This document shows, piece by piece, positions 1 through 9,637 of a stretch of DNA of 64,000 bases. Every line of letters starts with the position of its first letter. The first letter of the stretch is position 1. The translations under genes and the position numbers were made by a program. The DNA lies in assembly GCA_964510885.1 (NCBI GenBank), contig CAZEDL010000003.1, positions 31,686-95,685 of the forward strand, written 5' to 3'. Source of the DNA: an uncultured Gammaproteobacteria bacterium. Lineage in GTDB: Bacteria > Patescibacteriota > Patescibacteriia > Magasanikbacterales > GWA2-37-8. The notes beneath the pieces are model-generated. The model saw nothing but the letters and a program-made list of their open reading frames with translations, was not told where the DNA came from and ran no database searches.

Positions 1-292
1 CTTGTCGTATTCAGGGCAGACGGCTCGGCTGATTAGTCAGGTTCGTCCGCGGCTTCCGATTGTGATTGGGGTTACCTCAGAGCGGGTGAGGCGGCAATTA
101 AATCTATCGTGGGGAGTTAAGCCTTTTTTACTTGGAGAGTGTTCAGATTTATCCCAATTTATTACCTTGGCTTCAGATTTTATAAAACAGAAATCCTGGG
201 TTCATCCGGGTGAAGTAGTAGTGATTGCAGCTAGCGACCCGCTTGGTCAAGAAGGGGTCGTTAATTTGGTGGAAGTGGTGACTATTTCATAA
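1..292 (+). CDS. pyk: Pyruvate kinase, C-terminal domain (5' truncated by window edge)
   Basis: SYSGQTARLISQVRP...RQLNLSWGV is the typical pyruvate kinase C-terminal alpha/beta domain. Confidence 0.85.
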   Translation, partial: LSYSGQTARLISQVRPRLPIVIGVTSERVRRQLNLSWGVKPFLLGECSDLSQFITLASDFIKQKSWVHPGEVVVIAASDPLGQEGVVNLVEVVTIS

Positions 293-306
293 TTATCAAG
301 GTGTAT

Positions 307-334
307 AAAAAAGCAGCGATTGGGCTGCTTTTTT
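307..334. terminator. Bidirectional intrinsic terminator between pyk and glyA
   Basis: AAAAAAGCAGC-gattgg-GCTGCTTTTTT between convergent genes. Confidence 0.8.
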
Positions 335-350
335 AGTATCGGTTATTTTT

Positions 351-1625
351 TTAAGCTGGCAAAGGGAATTGCTGACACAGCTCTGTTACTTCATCGTGGA
401 TTTTTTTCAAGTCTGATTCAGACTGATAGTTCGAGATGGCGCGATCAATCCAGGCGGCAACTTGTTTCATTTCAGCTTCCTTCATGCCACGGGTGGTGAG
501 CGCTGGCGTGCCGAGGCGAATGCCAGAGGGATCGAACGGAGAGCGTGGATCAAAGGGGACGGTATTTTTATTTACGGTGATTCCGGCCTTGCCAAGCGCG
601 GCTTCGCCATCTTTGCCACTAACCCCTTTGCTGTTAAGGTTTATTAGTAAGAGGTGCGTTTCGGTGCCACCGGTAACAAGTTCAAAACCTTTGCTAAGAA
701 GCTCGTCAGCGAGAACGGCCGCATTTTTTATAATCTGTCTTGCATATTCTTTAAAAGCTGGTTCGGAAGCTTCTTTTAGGGCCACAGCGATGGCAGCAGT
801 TTGATGGTTGTGTGGGCCGCCCTGTAGACCTGGGATAAGAGCCCGATCGATAAGTGTCGGAATATTTTCATGGGTGCGGTCGGCTTTTTTGAGTGGAGTC
901 GATGGGTTGCCATTGCAGAGGATGATGGCGCCGCGCGGGCCGCGGAGGGTTTTGTGGGTGGTCGTGGTCACAACATCAGCAATGCCGACCGGATTTGGGT
1001 AGACGCCGCCAGCGATGAGGCCAGCTACATGGCTCATGTCGGCCACAAACCAGGCGCCGATACTGTCGGCAATTTCTTTGTATTTGGCCCATTCATAGGT
1101 GCGCGGATAGGCACTGCCACCGCCAATGATTAATTTTGGTTTATGTTCTTTGGCCAGGCGCCACATTTCGTCGATATCAATATAGCCATCGGCTCGGCAA
1201 TGGTACGAAATGCTTTTGTAGAACGTGCTTGAAAAATTTAGCTTGAGGCCATGGGTCATGTGCCCACCGTGGAATAGGTCAAGGCCCATGAGCATGTCAC
1301 CTGGGTCAAGTAGTGCATAGTAGGTGATTAGATTGGCGGGGCAGCCTGAATGTGGCTGGACATTAGCATGGGTGGCGCCAAACAGAGCTTTGGCCCGGTC
1401 GCGAGCTAGATTTTCGACGGCATCGACATTCTCACAGCCGCCATAATAGCGCATGCCAGGGTAGCCTTCGGAGTATTTATCGGTCAGACGCGAACCAAGA
1501 GCTTGAAGCACTGCGCCCGAGGTGTGGTTTTCGGAAGGGATCATTTCGAGGCCTTCGGATTGGCGATTGATTTCTGTCTCGATGAGATTATAAATATCTG
1601 GGTCGTAGGTTTTAATATCTTTCAT
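351..1625 (-). CDS. glyA: Serine hydroxymethyltransferase
   Basis: LEMIPSEN, KYSEGYPG.RYYGGCE, TTTTHKTLRGPRG (PLP lysine), SGIRLGTPA; start placed at ATG 1625 (MKDIK). Confidence 0.97.
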   Translation of the reverse strand: MKDIKTYDPDIYNLIETEINRQSEGLEMIPSENHTSGAVLQALGSRLTDKYSEGYPGMRYYGGCENVDAVENLARDRAKALFGATHANVQPHSGCPANLITYYALLDPGDMLMGLDLFHGGHMTHGLKLNFSSTFYKSISYHCRADGYIDIDEMWRLAKEHKPKLIIGGGSAYPRTYEWAKYKEIADSIGAWFVADMSHVAGLIAGGVYPNPVGIADVVTTTTHKTLRGPRGAIILCNGNPSTPLKKADRTHENIPTLIDRALIPGLQGGPHNHQTAAIAVALKEASEPAFKEYARQIIKNAAVLADELLSKGFELVTGGTETHLLLINLNSKGVSGKDGEAALGKAGITVNKNTVPFDPRSPFDPSGIRLGTPALTTRGMKEAEMKQVAAWIDRAISNYQSESDLKKIHDEVTELCQQFPLPA

Positions 1626-1799
1626 AGTAAAAATAACAAAGCAGATGTTAACAGTGAGAGATCCTTGCTCCGCCACGCGGATCAGGATAGCAGCTGCGAC
1701 TGTTACTTAAATTCGAGTGATTCATAGATCATAGCCGGTGTGGATAGTTGTAGGTTTATACTAGTTTATGGTAGCATTGCGGCGTATTTTAGACAACCT

Positions 1800-2804
1800 A
1801 TGAATCGTGATTACTCGTTACTTGATGCTAATCTTGGCCGGGCACGGGAGGGTCTCCGAGTGCTTGATGAGACGGCCCGTTTTTTATGGTCTGACCGTGA
1901 ATTATTTAAGCAGATTAAAGACGTGCGGCATCAGCTAGTAGAGATTGAACAGGTGATTGGTGCGGCACATTTATTGTCTGGTCGCCATGGTGAAGATGTG
2001 GGTGGTCCGGATAATGAAATAGTGTTTACTATGTCAGCACCATCGCTCTGGAGTATTATTCAGGCGAATAGTAATCGGGTGACGGAAGCGATGCGAGTGT
2101 TAGAACAGGTGGGGCCGATTTATTTTCCAACCGTGGTAGAAAAAATAATTAGGTTGCGTTATGAAGTTTATGGTTTGCAAAAAATACTTAGTGAAAAAAC
2201 ACCGCACTATTGGCTCCGCTATTATTTTGAACAGGGTATTGTGTATCCAATTTCAGACAGCGTAACCGAGCTTGAGTGGCTGGTGCTTCATGGGGCGCGG
2301 GTTACTCAGCTGAGAGATAAACAATCGGATGGAGTTGCTCTGTTTGAAAAGGCTAAACAGTTGGTGGCGTTTATTGCAGATTTCGAGCGCAGGAAAAAAG
2401 AAAAAGTATTGCTATTTATAAATGATAATATAGCAGTGGCGGAATTGTTGCCCGTGGCAGGGGTTCATATTGGTCAGGCCGATAATGAAATTTCTACAGT
2501 CCGTCGACGCGTTGGAATGCTCAAATTAATTGGTCGATCAAATCAGTCGCTTGAGCAGATGCAAAAATCAGCAGTCGATGGTGCCGATTATGTTAGTATC
2601 GGGCCAGTGTTCGATACGCCGCTCAAGCCAGAGCGGGCTCCGGTGGGCCTTGAGATGGTGCGGGCTGCGGCGGCCACGGTGCAGGCTCCGTGGGTAGTAA
2701 TTGGTGGTATTGATCAAGCACGGGCTGACGAAGTCAGGCAAGCTGGTGCCAAGAATATGGCGGTTATTCGAGCAGCACGCGATTTTTTTCCGGCTCATTT
2801 TTGA
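1800..2804 (+). CDS. thiE: Thiamine-phosphate synthase with N-terminal ThiD2-like domain
   Basis: N-terminal LDANLGRAREGLRVLDE / ANSNRVTEAMRVLE repeats; TMP-TENI motifs QLRDK, INDN, GVHIGQ.D, DYVSIGPVF.TP.K, IGGI. Confidence 0.85.
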   Translation: MNRDYSLLDANLGRAREGLRVLDETARFLWSDRELFKQIKDVRHQLVEIEQVIGAAHLLSGRHGEDVGGPDNEIVFTMSAPSLWSIIQANSNRVTEAMRVLEQVGPIYFPTVVEKIIRLRYEVYGLQKILSEKTPHYWLRYYFEQGIVYPISDSVTELEWLVLHGARVTQLRDKQSDGVALFEKAKQLVAFIADFERRKKEKVLLFINDNIAVAELLPVAGVHIGQADNEISTVRRRVGMLKLIGRSNQSLEQMQKSAVDGADYVSIGPVFDTPLKPERAPVGLEMVRAAAATVQAPWVVIGGIDQARADEVRQAGAKNMAVIRAARDFFPAHF

Positions 2805-2828
2805 TTAGTCTAATACGTTAGTACTCGT

Positions 2829-3728
2829 ATGTCGTGGATTTTTATCGCCATCTGCGGTCACTTTTTTTGGAGTCTCAGCAATGTTGGTGATAAGTATTTG
2901 CTGAATAACCGATTTACTAACCCCTACGTTTATTTGGGGTATTTTGTTTTATTTGGAACGCTTAGTATCGTAGCGGTTCCGTTCATAGATTTTTTTTGGC
3001 CAGCTCCATGGCTACTAATGCAGCTGATCTTGGCTGGAGTCATCTATTTTTTGGCTAATTTATTGTATTACCGGGCTATTCAAATTGAAGAAGTGAGCCG
3101 CATTAATATTTGGTGGTCCATGGTGCCGCTGTTTAGTTTGGGCTTAAGTTTTTTAATTACCGCTGATCGTTTGTCAGCTCTGCAATTGGTAGCCGTTCTG
3201 CTGTTGATAGCGGCTTCGATTGTCGGCAGCTTGCATGGAACGAGCCGAGTGTTTACTTTTTCAAAAGCATTACCGACGATGATGGTGTGCTGTTTTTTAT
3301 TGGCCGTATTTGGCATTATCTTTCACGAGGTGACGGCAGTGGTTCCGGTGGCTAGCGCTTTTATTATCGTAAATGTGGTAATGAGCCTGTGCTTAGTTAT
3401 TTGGTTTATAACTAGTCATTCGTTTCGCCAGGCATTTATCAGCGACAGCGCCCGTTTGCCCTGGAAAGTAATCGGCTTGGTATTTTTAATTGATGCGCTT
3501 GATCGCGCCGGAATATTTTTTAATTACTGGGCTCTGTCGCTTAATCAGTCATCTCTCGTCTTTGCTATGGAAGCCACGCAAGCGTTATTTGTATTTATTA
3601 TTGTAGCGTTGGTCGGGATTAAAAACCCTCGATTATTATCAGAACAATTCAATCGGCAGAACATTATTTTCAAAATTAGTGCCCTCGTATTAATGGTTAT
3701 CGGTATTATTATTCTGGCGGTGGGTTAG
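2829..3728 (+). CDS. EamA/DMT-family membrane transporter
   Basis: 299 aa, about 10 hydrophobic segments in two repeats, NVGDKYLL N-terminal motif. Confidence 0.8.
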   Translation: MSWIFIAICGHFFWSLSNVGDKYLLNNRFTNPYVYLGYFVLFGTLSIVAVPFIDFFWPAPWLLMQLILAGVIYFLANLLYYRAIQIEEVSRINIWWSMVPLFSLGLSFLITADRLSALQLVAVLLLIAASIVGSLHGTSRVFTFSKALPTMMVCCFLLAVFGIIFHEVTAVVPVASAFIIVNVVMSLCLVIWFITSHSFRQAFISDSARLPWKVIGLVFLIDALDRAGIFFNYWALSLNQSSLVFAMEATQALFVFIIVALVGIKNPRLLSEQFNRQNIIFKISALVLMVIGIIILAVG

Positions 3729-3746
3729 CTTAATTTCAGTTGGAAT

Positions 3747-3776
3747 TAAAACTGGCGCCGATGGCGTCGGTTTTTT
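3747..3776. terminator. Probable bidirectional terminator
   Basis: AAAACTGGCGCC-gat-GGCGTCGGTTTTTT between convergent genes. Confidence 0.65.
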
Positions 3777-5421
3777 AAATTAATTTTTTTACCATGTAGG
3801 TCTTATCTAGCTCATATTCCCATTTGCGATAGTAGCCCCGCACTCCAACACCCGAGATAACGGCGAGTTCAGGTACTTTATTTTTTCGACAGATATCTTC
3901 GGCAGCGGCCACTAATTTCTGGCCGAGACCTTTGTGTTGACTGTGTTCTTCACTCCGTTCACCCAAGTGCAGAAGCTGTCCATACGTGTGTAGTTCGCGA
4001 ATATAGGCTGGGAAGCGAACTTGTTCTTTCGCCAATTCTTCGGCATCCGGGCCGACAATGCGCAGGCGGCAGAACGCGAATACAATCTGGCGATCTTTAT
4101 CTTCAAAACTTAAAAAATATTCTGTACCGCCGCGCGTGGCATATTCATCGATGAATAATATGGGCGTTAAATCGGGGATGGTGCCGAGATCAACATGGCC
4201 AACTTCGCGGCACCGCAAACAGCGGCAGCGTTGTCCGATTTTTTTCAGCCGGTTTTGTACTACTTGGCGCAGGTTAGTTACTTTATTACCTTCTTCAATA
4301 TATTGGCCCGGGATATCGCGGATCAGGCGCGAAATGCGCGCGTAATAGGGAATGGTGGGTTTGAATTTGACTAAGATGTCGATTAGATCTTCGACTTCGT
4401 AGGCTTTATATTTTCCGGCAACAAACCAATCATAGAGCTCAGAATTTTTTACTACCGTGCAGGGATAGATTTTAATCATGTCGGGGCGGTATCCTGGGTC
4501 AGAAAAAATCGTTTGCATCATTTCTAAATCTGCTGCGGGGGTTGCCCCTGGCAGCTGAGGCATCAAGTGCGCATCAACTTTGAAACCGTAATTGCGCAAT
4601 TGTTCCATGGCGCGTTTGGCTTCGGCGCTGCCATGGCCGCGCTTGGTGAGTTTTAAAATATCGTCGTCGGTGTGTTGGATGCCCAGCTCAATACGGGTGC
4701 ATCCCATTTCGCGCATGTGCCAAATGGTGTGATAGTTGATGCAGTCGGGCCGCGTTTCGAGGGTGAGACCGATAATCCGGTGGGCGGCTGTTTCGTTAAT
4801 TGTCTGTTGTTCAAACAGAGCGGCCCGAAGTTGGTCGAGAGGTGAGTTTTCAGTCAGGGTAATTTTGGGGCCGCTGAGATCGTTGCACGCTTCAAACGAT
4901 TTGAGAATAAACCAATACTGGTATTGTAAAGTATACGAATTCCAGGTGCCGCCCTTGATGATAAATTCAATTTTGTCAGTCGGGTGGCCATTGTTTTCGA
5001 GTGCCTCAATGCGGCGGGCCATTTGTTCGTAGGGGTCGAATTGCAAGAGGAGCGCGCGCATGGCAGCCGGCTCTTCGGAGAGGTAGCTTTTTGGCATGCG
5101 CTCATCAAGGGGGCAATAGACACATTGGCCAGGGCACGGGTAAGGCTTGATGAGTGAGGTGATAACTGCTACGCCCGATAGGCTGCGGACGGCGCGGCGC
5201 ATTAGGATTTTTTCAAGTGCTGGGTTTTTTTCAACCTTGTTTTCCGCAACTAACCTGTGATATGCTGACAATAATTCAGTTTTATTAGGGAGGCTGGCGC
5301 TAGTATTTTTGCCTAATAATTCGCGTTTAAGCGCATTAAAATCAGCTTCTGAGCGGGGAAGATTCTGAGCCAGGCTAAGGATAATTTGGTCGGCGAGAGA
5401 CATATTTTTCACATTTTTCAC
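3775..5421 (-). CDS. elp3: Elongator complex protein 3 (tRNA U34 carboxymethyltransferase; radical SAM + KAT)
   Basis: RSLSGVAVI, PYPCPGQCVYCP, GGTW, LETRPD, KIYPC, RLIRDIP, CRCLRCRE, IRELHTYG, QHKGLG, ISGVGVRGYY; start could be 5403. Confidence 0.93.
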   Translation of the reverse strand: MKNVKNMSLADQIILSLAQNLPRSEADFNALKRELLGKNTSASLPNKTELLSAYHRLVAENKVEKNPALEKILMRRAVRSLSGVAVITSLIKPYPCPGQCVYCPLDERMPKSYLSEEPAAMRALLLQFDPYEQMARRIEALENNGHPTDKIEFIIKGGTWNSYTLQYQYWFILKSFEACNDLSGPKITLTENSPLDQLRAALFEQQTINETAAHRIIGLTLETRPDCINYHTIWHMREMGCTRIELGIQHTDDDILKLTKRGHGSAEAKRAMEQLRNYGFKVDAHLMPQLPGATPAADLEMMQTIFSDPGYRPDMIKIYPCTVVKNSELYDWFVAGKYKAYEVEDLIDILVKFKPTIPYYARISRLIRDIPGQYIEEGNKVTNLRQVVQNRLKKIGQRCRCLRCREVGHVDLGTIPDLTPILFIDEYATRGGTEYFLSFEDKDRQIVFAFCRLRIVGPDAEELAKEQVRFPAYIRELHTYGQLLHLGERSEEHSQHKGLGQKLVAAAEDICRKNKVPELAVISGVGVRGYYRKWEYELDKTYMVKKLI

Positions 5422-5470
5422 ATAACACGTAGCAGATTCAATTGTTACGTGTTACGTGTTACGTGCTATG
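5419..5470. repeat. Tandem and inverted heptamer repeat (GTTACGT)n in the elp3/methyltransferase divergent spacer
   Basis: GTTACGT x3 at 5444-5464 and an inverted degenerate copy CACATAACACGTAGCA at 5419-5434. Confidence 0.75.
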
Positions 5471-6166
5471 GATTTGATTGCTAAAACTCGTGATGATTAT
5501 AATCGGATTGCACCCTATTTTTCGGGTACCCGGTATGCATTATGGCCAGAATTAAAGCAGTGTAAACAATATCTTACAAATGGTCAACGTATCCTTGATT
5601 GGGGCTGTGGTAATGGGCGGCTAACGTCGTTGTTCGAATCCCACCGTGAGATTGAATATTATGGCGTAGATCAGAGCGAAGAATTGCTCAAAATAGCAGC
5701 TCGGGAACATCCATATCAGGCCTCGTTTGGTACCGTGTCATTTATTTCAACGGCTGATGCGGCCAGCAATTTTGCGCCAGACTTTTTTGACCTAATTTTT
5801 TTAATCGCCTCGTTCCATCATTTACCTGATGAAGCGAGCCGGTTGTCGGTCTTAAAAAAAATGTATACGGAACTTAAAACAGGCGGTCGGATTATTATGA
5901 CGGTGTGGAATTTGGATAGTGATTGGGCAGATAATAAAAAGAAACAAGATTGGAAACAGATGGGTGAGCGGGATTTTTTGATTCCGTGGAAGAATCCGAA
6001 CGGCGAAGTACTGTGTGATCGATATTACCATTCGTTTGAAAAACAAGAGCTCCGGGCGCTGATTGAACAAGCTGGATTTGTGATTACAACTATGGAGTAT
6101 GGCGACGGTGAATGGACTGATAGTAAAGAAGGCCGGAATTTAATGTGTGTGGCTCAAAAGATATGA
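5468..6166 (+). CDS. Class I SAM methyltransferase, Trm9/ALKBH8-like
   Basis: YNRIAPYFSGTRYALWP N-terminus, ILDWGCGNGR, IASFHHL, RYYHSF..EL C-terminal motif resemble the Trm9 family. Confidence 0.75.
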   Translation: MDLIAKTRDDYNRIAPYFSGTRYALWPELKQCKQYLTNGQRILDWGCGNGRLTSLFESHREIEYYGVDQSEELLKIAAREHPYQASFGTVSFISTADAASNFAPDFFDLIFLIASFHHLPDEASRLSVLKKMYTELKTGGRIIMTVWNLDSDWADNKKKQDWKQMGERDFLIPWKNPNGEVLCDRYYHSFEKQELRALIEQAGFVITTMEYGDGEWTDSKEGRNLMCVAQKI

Positions 6167-7380
6167 GAATTTTGCAAGCTAATAAATTTTTTTATCGCCG
6201 CGGTGGAGCAGAGGTGGTATTTTTTGATACGATTAATGGCCTCAGGAAGCGAGGCCATGACGTAGCCGAATTTTCCATGGAGTCGGCGCAAAATGTGCCG
6301 AGTGATTATGCACGGTATTTTGCCGAGCCCGTAGCGGAACTCTTGGCCGATAAGGATTGGGGGAGCGCGCTCAAGATTTTTAAGCGCTTATTTTATTCCA
6401 AGGACGTAGAACAGAAATTGAAGGCGTTGATTTTGGCCACGGAGCCAGAAGTGGCGCATCTGCATAATATTTATCATCATTTGTCAGCGAGTACCTTTTT
6501 GACCCTGCGCAAGCAGAAGGTGCCGATGGTAATGACTGTGCACGATGTGTTTCCGCTCTGCCCCAACCATAGTTTTTTATATCAGGGTCAACTGCGCGAA
6601 GATTTATTTAAGAAAAAATTATACAATTGCACGCGCTATCGTTGTATTGATGGTCGCTTCGGCCCAAGTCTAGCCGGGACACTCGAAGCTTATTACTATC
6701 GGTATCGCGGCGTGTGGGAGGCGATTAGTTTGTTTATCTGCCCTAGTCAATTTATGGCCGATAAACTGGTGGAGTATGGGTTCCCGGGTGCGAAAATGCG
6801 AGTGCTGCCCAATCCATTCCCGCTGGTAACAAATCCTCCAGTACTTGGCAGCTCAGTGGTATACCTCGGCCGCACGTATTATGAAAAAGGGGTTCGCGTA
6901 TTTATGGAAGCAGTGCGTGAGCTACGGGATTTTCCAGTGATCGTAGCTGGCAGTGGGCCGGAAGATAAATGGATTGAGCATTATATTCGCCAATATGGGC
7001 TAAATCAGGTGGAGCGACAACAGTGGGTGGAGGGCGAAGCTTGGCAGCAGGTGATGGCGCGGGCGCGGGTGGTGGTGTTGCCATCGATCGTATATGAAAA
7101 TTGTTCGCTGACGGTTCTTGAGGCGCTGAGTTACGGGCGGATTGTGGTAGGGGTGAAACTCGGGGGCACGCCGGAACTTATTATCAATGGGAAAACCGGT
7201 TGGTTGGCTGAAGCGGCTAATCCATCTGATTTGGCACGGGTGATTAAGCAGGCGATGAGTATGGCTCCGGCGGAGGCGGAACGAATGACGCAGGCGGGGC
7301 GGGAGCTGGTGAAGGCTAATCATGATTTAGATATTTATTTGGAGAAGTTAGAGGGGATTTATCGCGAAGTAATTATATAG
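6163..7380 (+). CDS. GT4 glycosyltransferase
   Basis: MRILQANKFFYRRGGAE, HLHNIYHHLS, PSIVYENCSLTVLEA; ATGA overlap with upstream stop. Confidence 0.9.
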   Translation: MRILQANKFFYRRGGAEVVFFDTINGLRKRGHDVAEFSMESAQNVPSDYARYFAEPVAELLADKDWGSALKIFKRLFYSKDVEQKLKALILATEPEVAHLHNIYHHLSASTFLTLRKQKVPMVMTVHDVFPLCPNHSFLYQGQLREDLFKKKLYNCTRYRCIDGRFGPSLAGTLEAYYYRYRGVWEAISLFICPSQFMADKLVEYGFPGAKMRVLPNPFPLVTNPPVLGSSVVYLGRTYYEKGVRVFMEAVRELRDFPVIVAGSGPEDKWIEHYIRQYGLNQVERQQWVEGEAWQQVMARARVVVLPSIVYENCSLTVLEALSYGRIVVGVKLGGTPELIINGKTGWLAEAANPSDLARVIKQAMSMAPAEAERMTQAGRELVKANHDLDIYLEKLEGIYREVII

Positions 7381-7388
7381 TTTAAATA

Positions 7389-7418
7389 AAAAACTATCCG
7401 CCCAGGGCGGATAGTTTT
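7389..7418. terminator. Bidirectional terminator
   Basis: AAAACTATCCGCC-cag-GGCGGATAGTTTT between convergent GT4 genes. Confidence 0.8.
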
Positions 7419-7426
7419 GGAAGTAG

Positions 7427-8596
7427 TTAGGCTTTGCTGGTGTGAAGTTCGGGGACGGGGCTGGTGGGTTTAGCAACCAATTTAGTGTACTCCGCTATGA
7501 TGTTCTCGCTAATGGTGTCCCAGTGGTATTCTTTGGTGACAAGCTGCTGATTAGCCTCTCCAGAGGTTTTGAGCAGATCTTGATTAGAGATCAGGCGGAC
7601 AATTTTTTCAGCTAGTGAGGCCGCGTCGGCGCTGCGGAACAGGAATTGTTTGTCGCGCACGATTTCTTGGTGTTCAGGAATATCAGAGACCAGCACTGGG
7701 CGGGCGTAGGACATGGCCTGAAGCACGGTCAGTGGCAACCCTTCGTTTTCAGAGGGGTGCACCAAACAAGCGGTGTTGGCATACAGCTGGTGCAATTCAA
7801 TACCAGACAACCAGCCGGTCAACACGATGTCTTTATGATCAGCGGCGGTCCCTTTGAGCTCGGCCACATAATCGTCGGTAAAGGCGCTGTCGCCTACGAT
7901 CACGAGTTTGTAATCGGCGGCGATGTCTGGGAAATTTTGCTTGAAGCGGCGCCACGCATCGATGAGGTAGTGGGCGCCTTTGTGTTTAACTAGGCGCGAT
8001 ACCATGAGCAGGTATTTATTCGGTTTGATACCCCATTGATTAAGGGTGTCGGTTCCCATTTTTTCCGGCATCCCGACCCCATTTGGAATATAGGCTGTGT
8101 CGGCGCGGTATTCGTTGAAACAATAATTCTGAATCGTTTTGGAGACCGAAATAGTTTGGTGCGGAAATAGACAAGCCGCCCGTTCACCGATCTTCAATAA
8201 GAAGCGGGCGAGAGCCCCCCATTTCTGGTGGTAGCGGTCGATACAGTGGAACGTCACGACGACTTTAACTTTGGGCGCGAATAAACGCGGAATAAAACTT
8301 AACAAGGCCGGCCCAACGCCATGATAATGAATAATATCTGGCTGCTGGAACAAAGCATGAATGGTAGCAGTAAGCGTGTGCACGATAGCATCAAGATGTT
8401 TGCTGTGCAGTGTTGGAGCGCGAAGCAGCTTAACCCCTTGGTAGGTAGCAAGTGGTAACGGTGTATACCAGTTACGCACGTATGCCGAAACATCGTGGCC
8501 TTCGGCCGCCAAGCGGATACTAAGCTCTTCTACATGGCGTTCAATACCGCCGTAGATGGTAGGGATCCCTTTTTGTCCGATCATGACTATTCGCAT
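7427..8596 (-). CDS. GT4 glycosyltransferase
   Basis: MRIVMIGQKGIP..YGGIERHVEEL, HPSENEGLPLTVLQAM. Confidence 0.9.
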   Translation of the reverse strand: MRIVMIGQKGIPTIYGGIERHVEELSIRLAAEGHDVSAYVRNWYTPLPLATYQGVKLLRAPTLHSKHLDAIVHTLTATIHALFQQPDIIHYHGVGPALLSFIPRLFAPKVKVVVTFHCIDRYHQKWGALARFLLKIGERAACLFPHQTISVSKTIQNYCFNEYRADTAYIPNGVGMPEKMGTDTLNQWGIKPNKYLLMVSRLVKHKGAHYLIDAWRRFKQNFPDIAADYKLVIVGDSAFTDDYVAELKGTAADHKDIVLTGWLSGIELHQLYANTACLVHPSENEGLPLTVLQAMSYARPVLVSDIPEHQEIVRDKQFLFRSADAASLAEKIVRLISNQDLLKTSGEANQQLVTKEYHWDTISENIIAEYTKLVAKPTSPVPELHTSKA

Positions 8597-8714
8597 AATT
8601 TTGGCTGGATCTACATAATAAACATCAAACAATAGCACATTTTAAGGATTTTGTCAAGAGGCGGTGCCCATGGTAAAATAGGCTTGTTTGGCTTAAATCA
8701 GCTTAAATTTGGCT

Positions 8715-9627
8715 ATGTATATTGCGTTTGCGCTGCTTGGATATGGGGTGCTCGCGGGTGTTTCAGTGCTTGATAAGTACATTGTATCCGAAACGGGGAC
8801 TAAACTGGCGTTGCCGCCGGCGGTATTCGTGTTTTATTCCACGGTGTTTATCCTGCCCGTTTTTTTACTCAGATTGGTTGGCGCCAGCGGGCTCTCAAGT
8901 GCCTGGGATTATGGGCGGCCTCATATTTCTCCTCGGGATGTGGAGTTTATACCGCAGTGTCACGGAGGGTTCTGTGAGCCAGATGGGTCCGCTCGTTGGG
9001 GCGATTGTGCCGGTGTGTATTATGTTATTTGGGAGGGTGGCGCTGAATGTCCAGTTCGATCTAGAACAGCTCGCCGCAGTAGCCCTTTTAATTTTAGGAT
9101 CAGTGATCATTGCGGCAGAAAAAAGATCACGCACGATTTCTTTTCAACGTAGCGGTTGGTATGCGCTGCTGGCTGGTGTGTGTTTTGCAATCGCGCATCT
9201 GACGAGCAAATATTTTTATGTCCGATATGATTTTTTGACCGGACTGGTGTGGACCAAAGGGCCGATGGCTCTCGGAGGATTTTTGTTGATTTGTTTGCCA
9301 TCGGTGAGGGCTTTCCTGTTTGCGCCGAAGTCGAAACAGATTTCAGTGCCGGAAGCGCGCCACAGCCGGTTTGCTGCCTTAGCGTTTGTTGATCAGAGTT
9401 TCGGGGCGATTGGAACACTTTGCCTGGAATACGCCATGAATCTTGGTAACATTGCCGTGGTGAATGCTTTGAATGGAGTGCAGTATGTGGTGTTGATCGG
9501 GTTGGTCGCTGTATTTTCGCGGTTGAACCCGAAGATAATTAAGGAAGAATATACCCGGTTTAAAATTGCGCAGGAAATCGTAGCGGTGGTATTAATCGGT
9601 GCTGGATTATGGCTGCTCATGTTTTAA
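8715..9627 (+). pseudogene. Frameshifted EamA/DMT transporter
   Basis: N-terminus (MYIAF..VSVLDKYI) in one frame, remainder (IMGGLIFLLG..KIIKEEY) in another; break near 8905-8915; same family as 2829-3728. Could be an assembly error. Confidence 0.7.
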
Positions 9628-9637
9628 TATCTTAATT

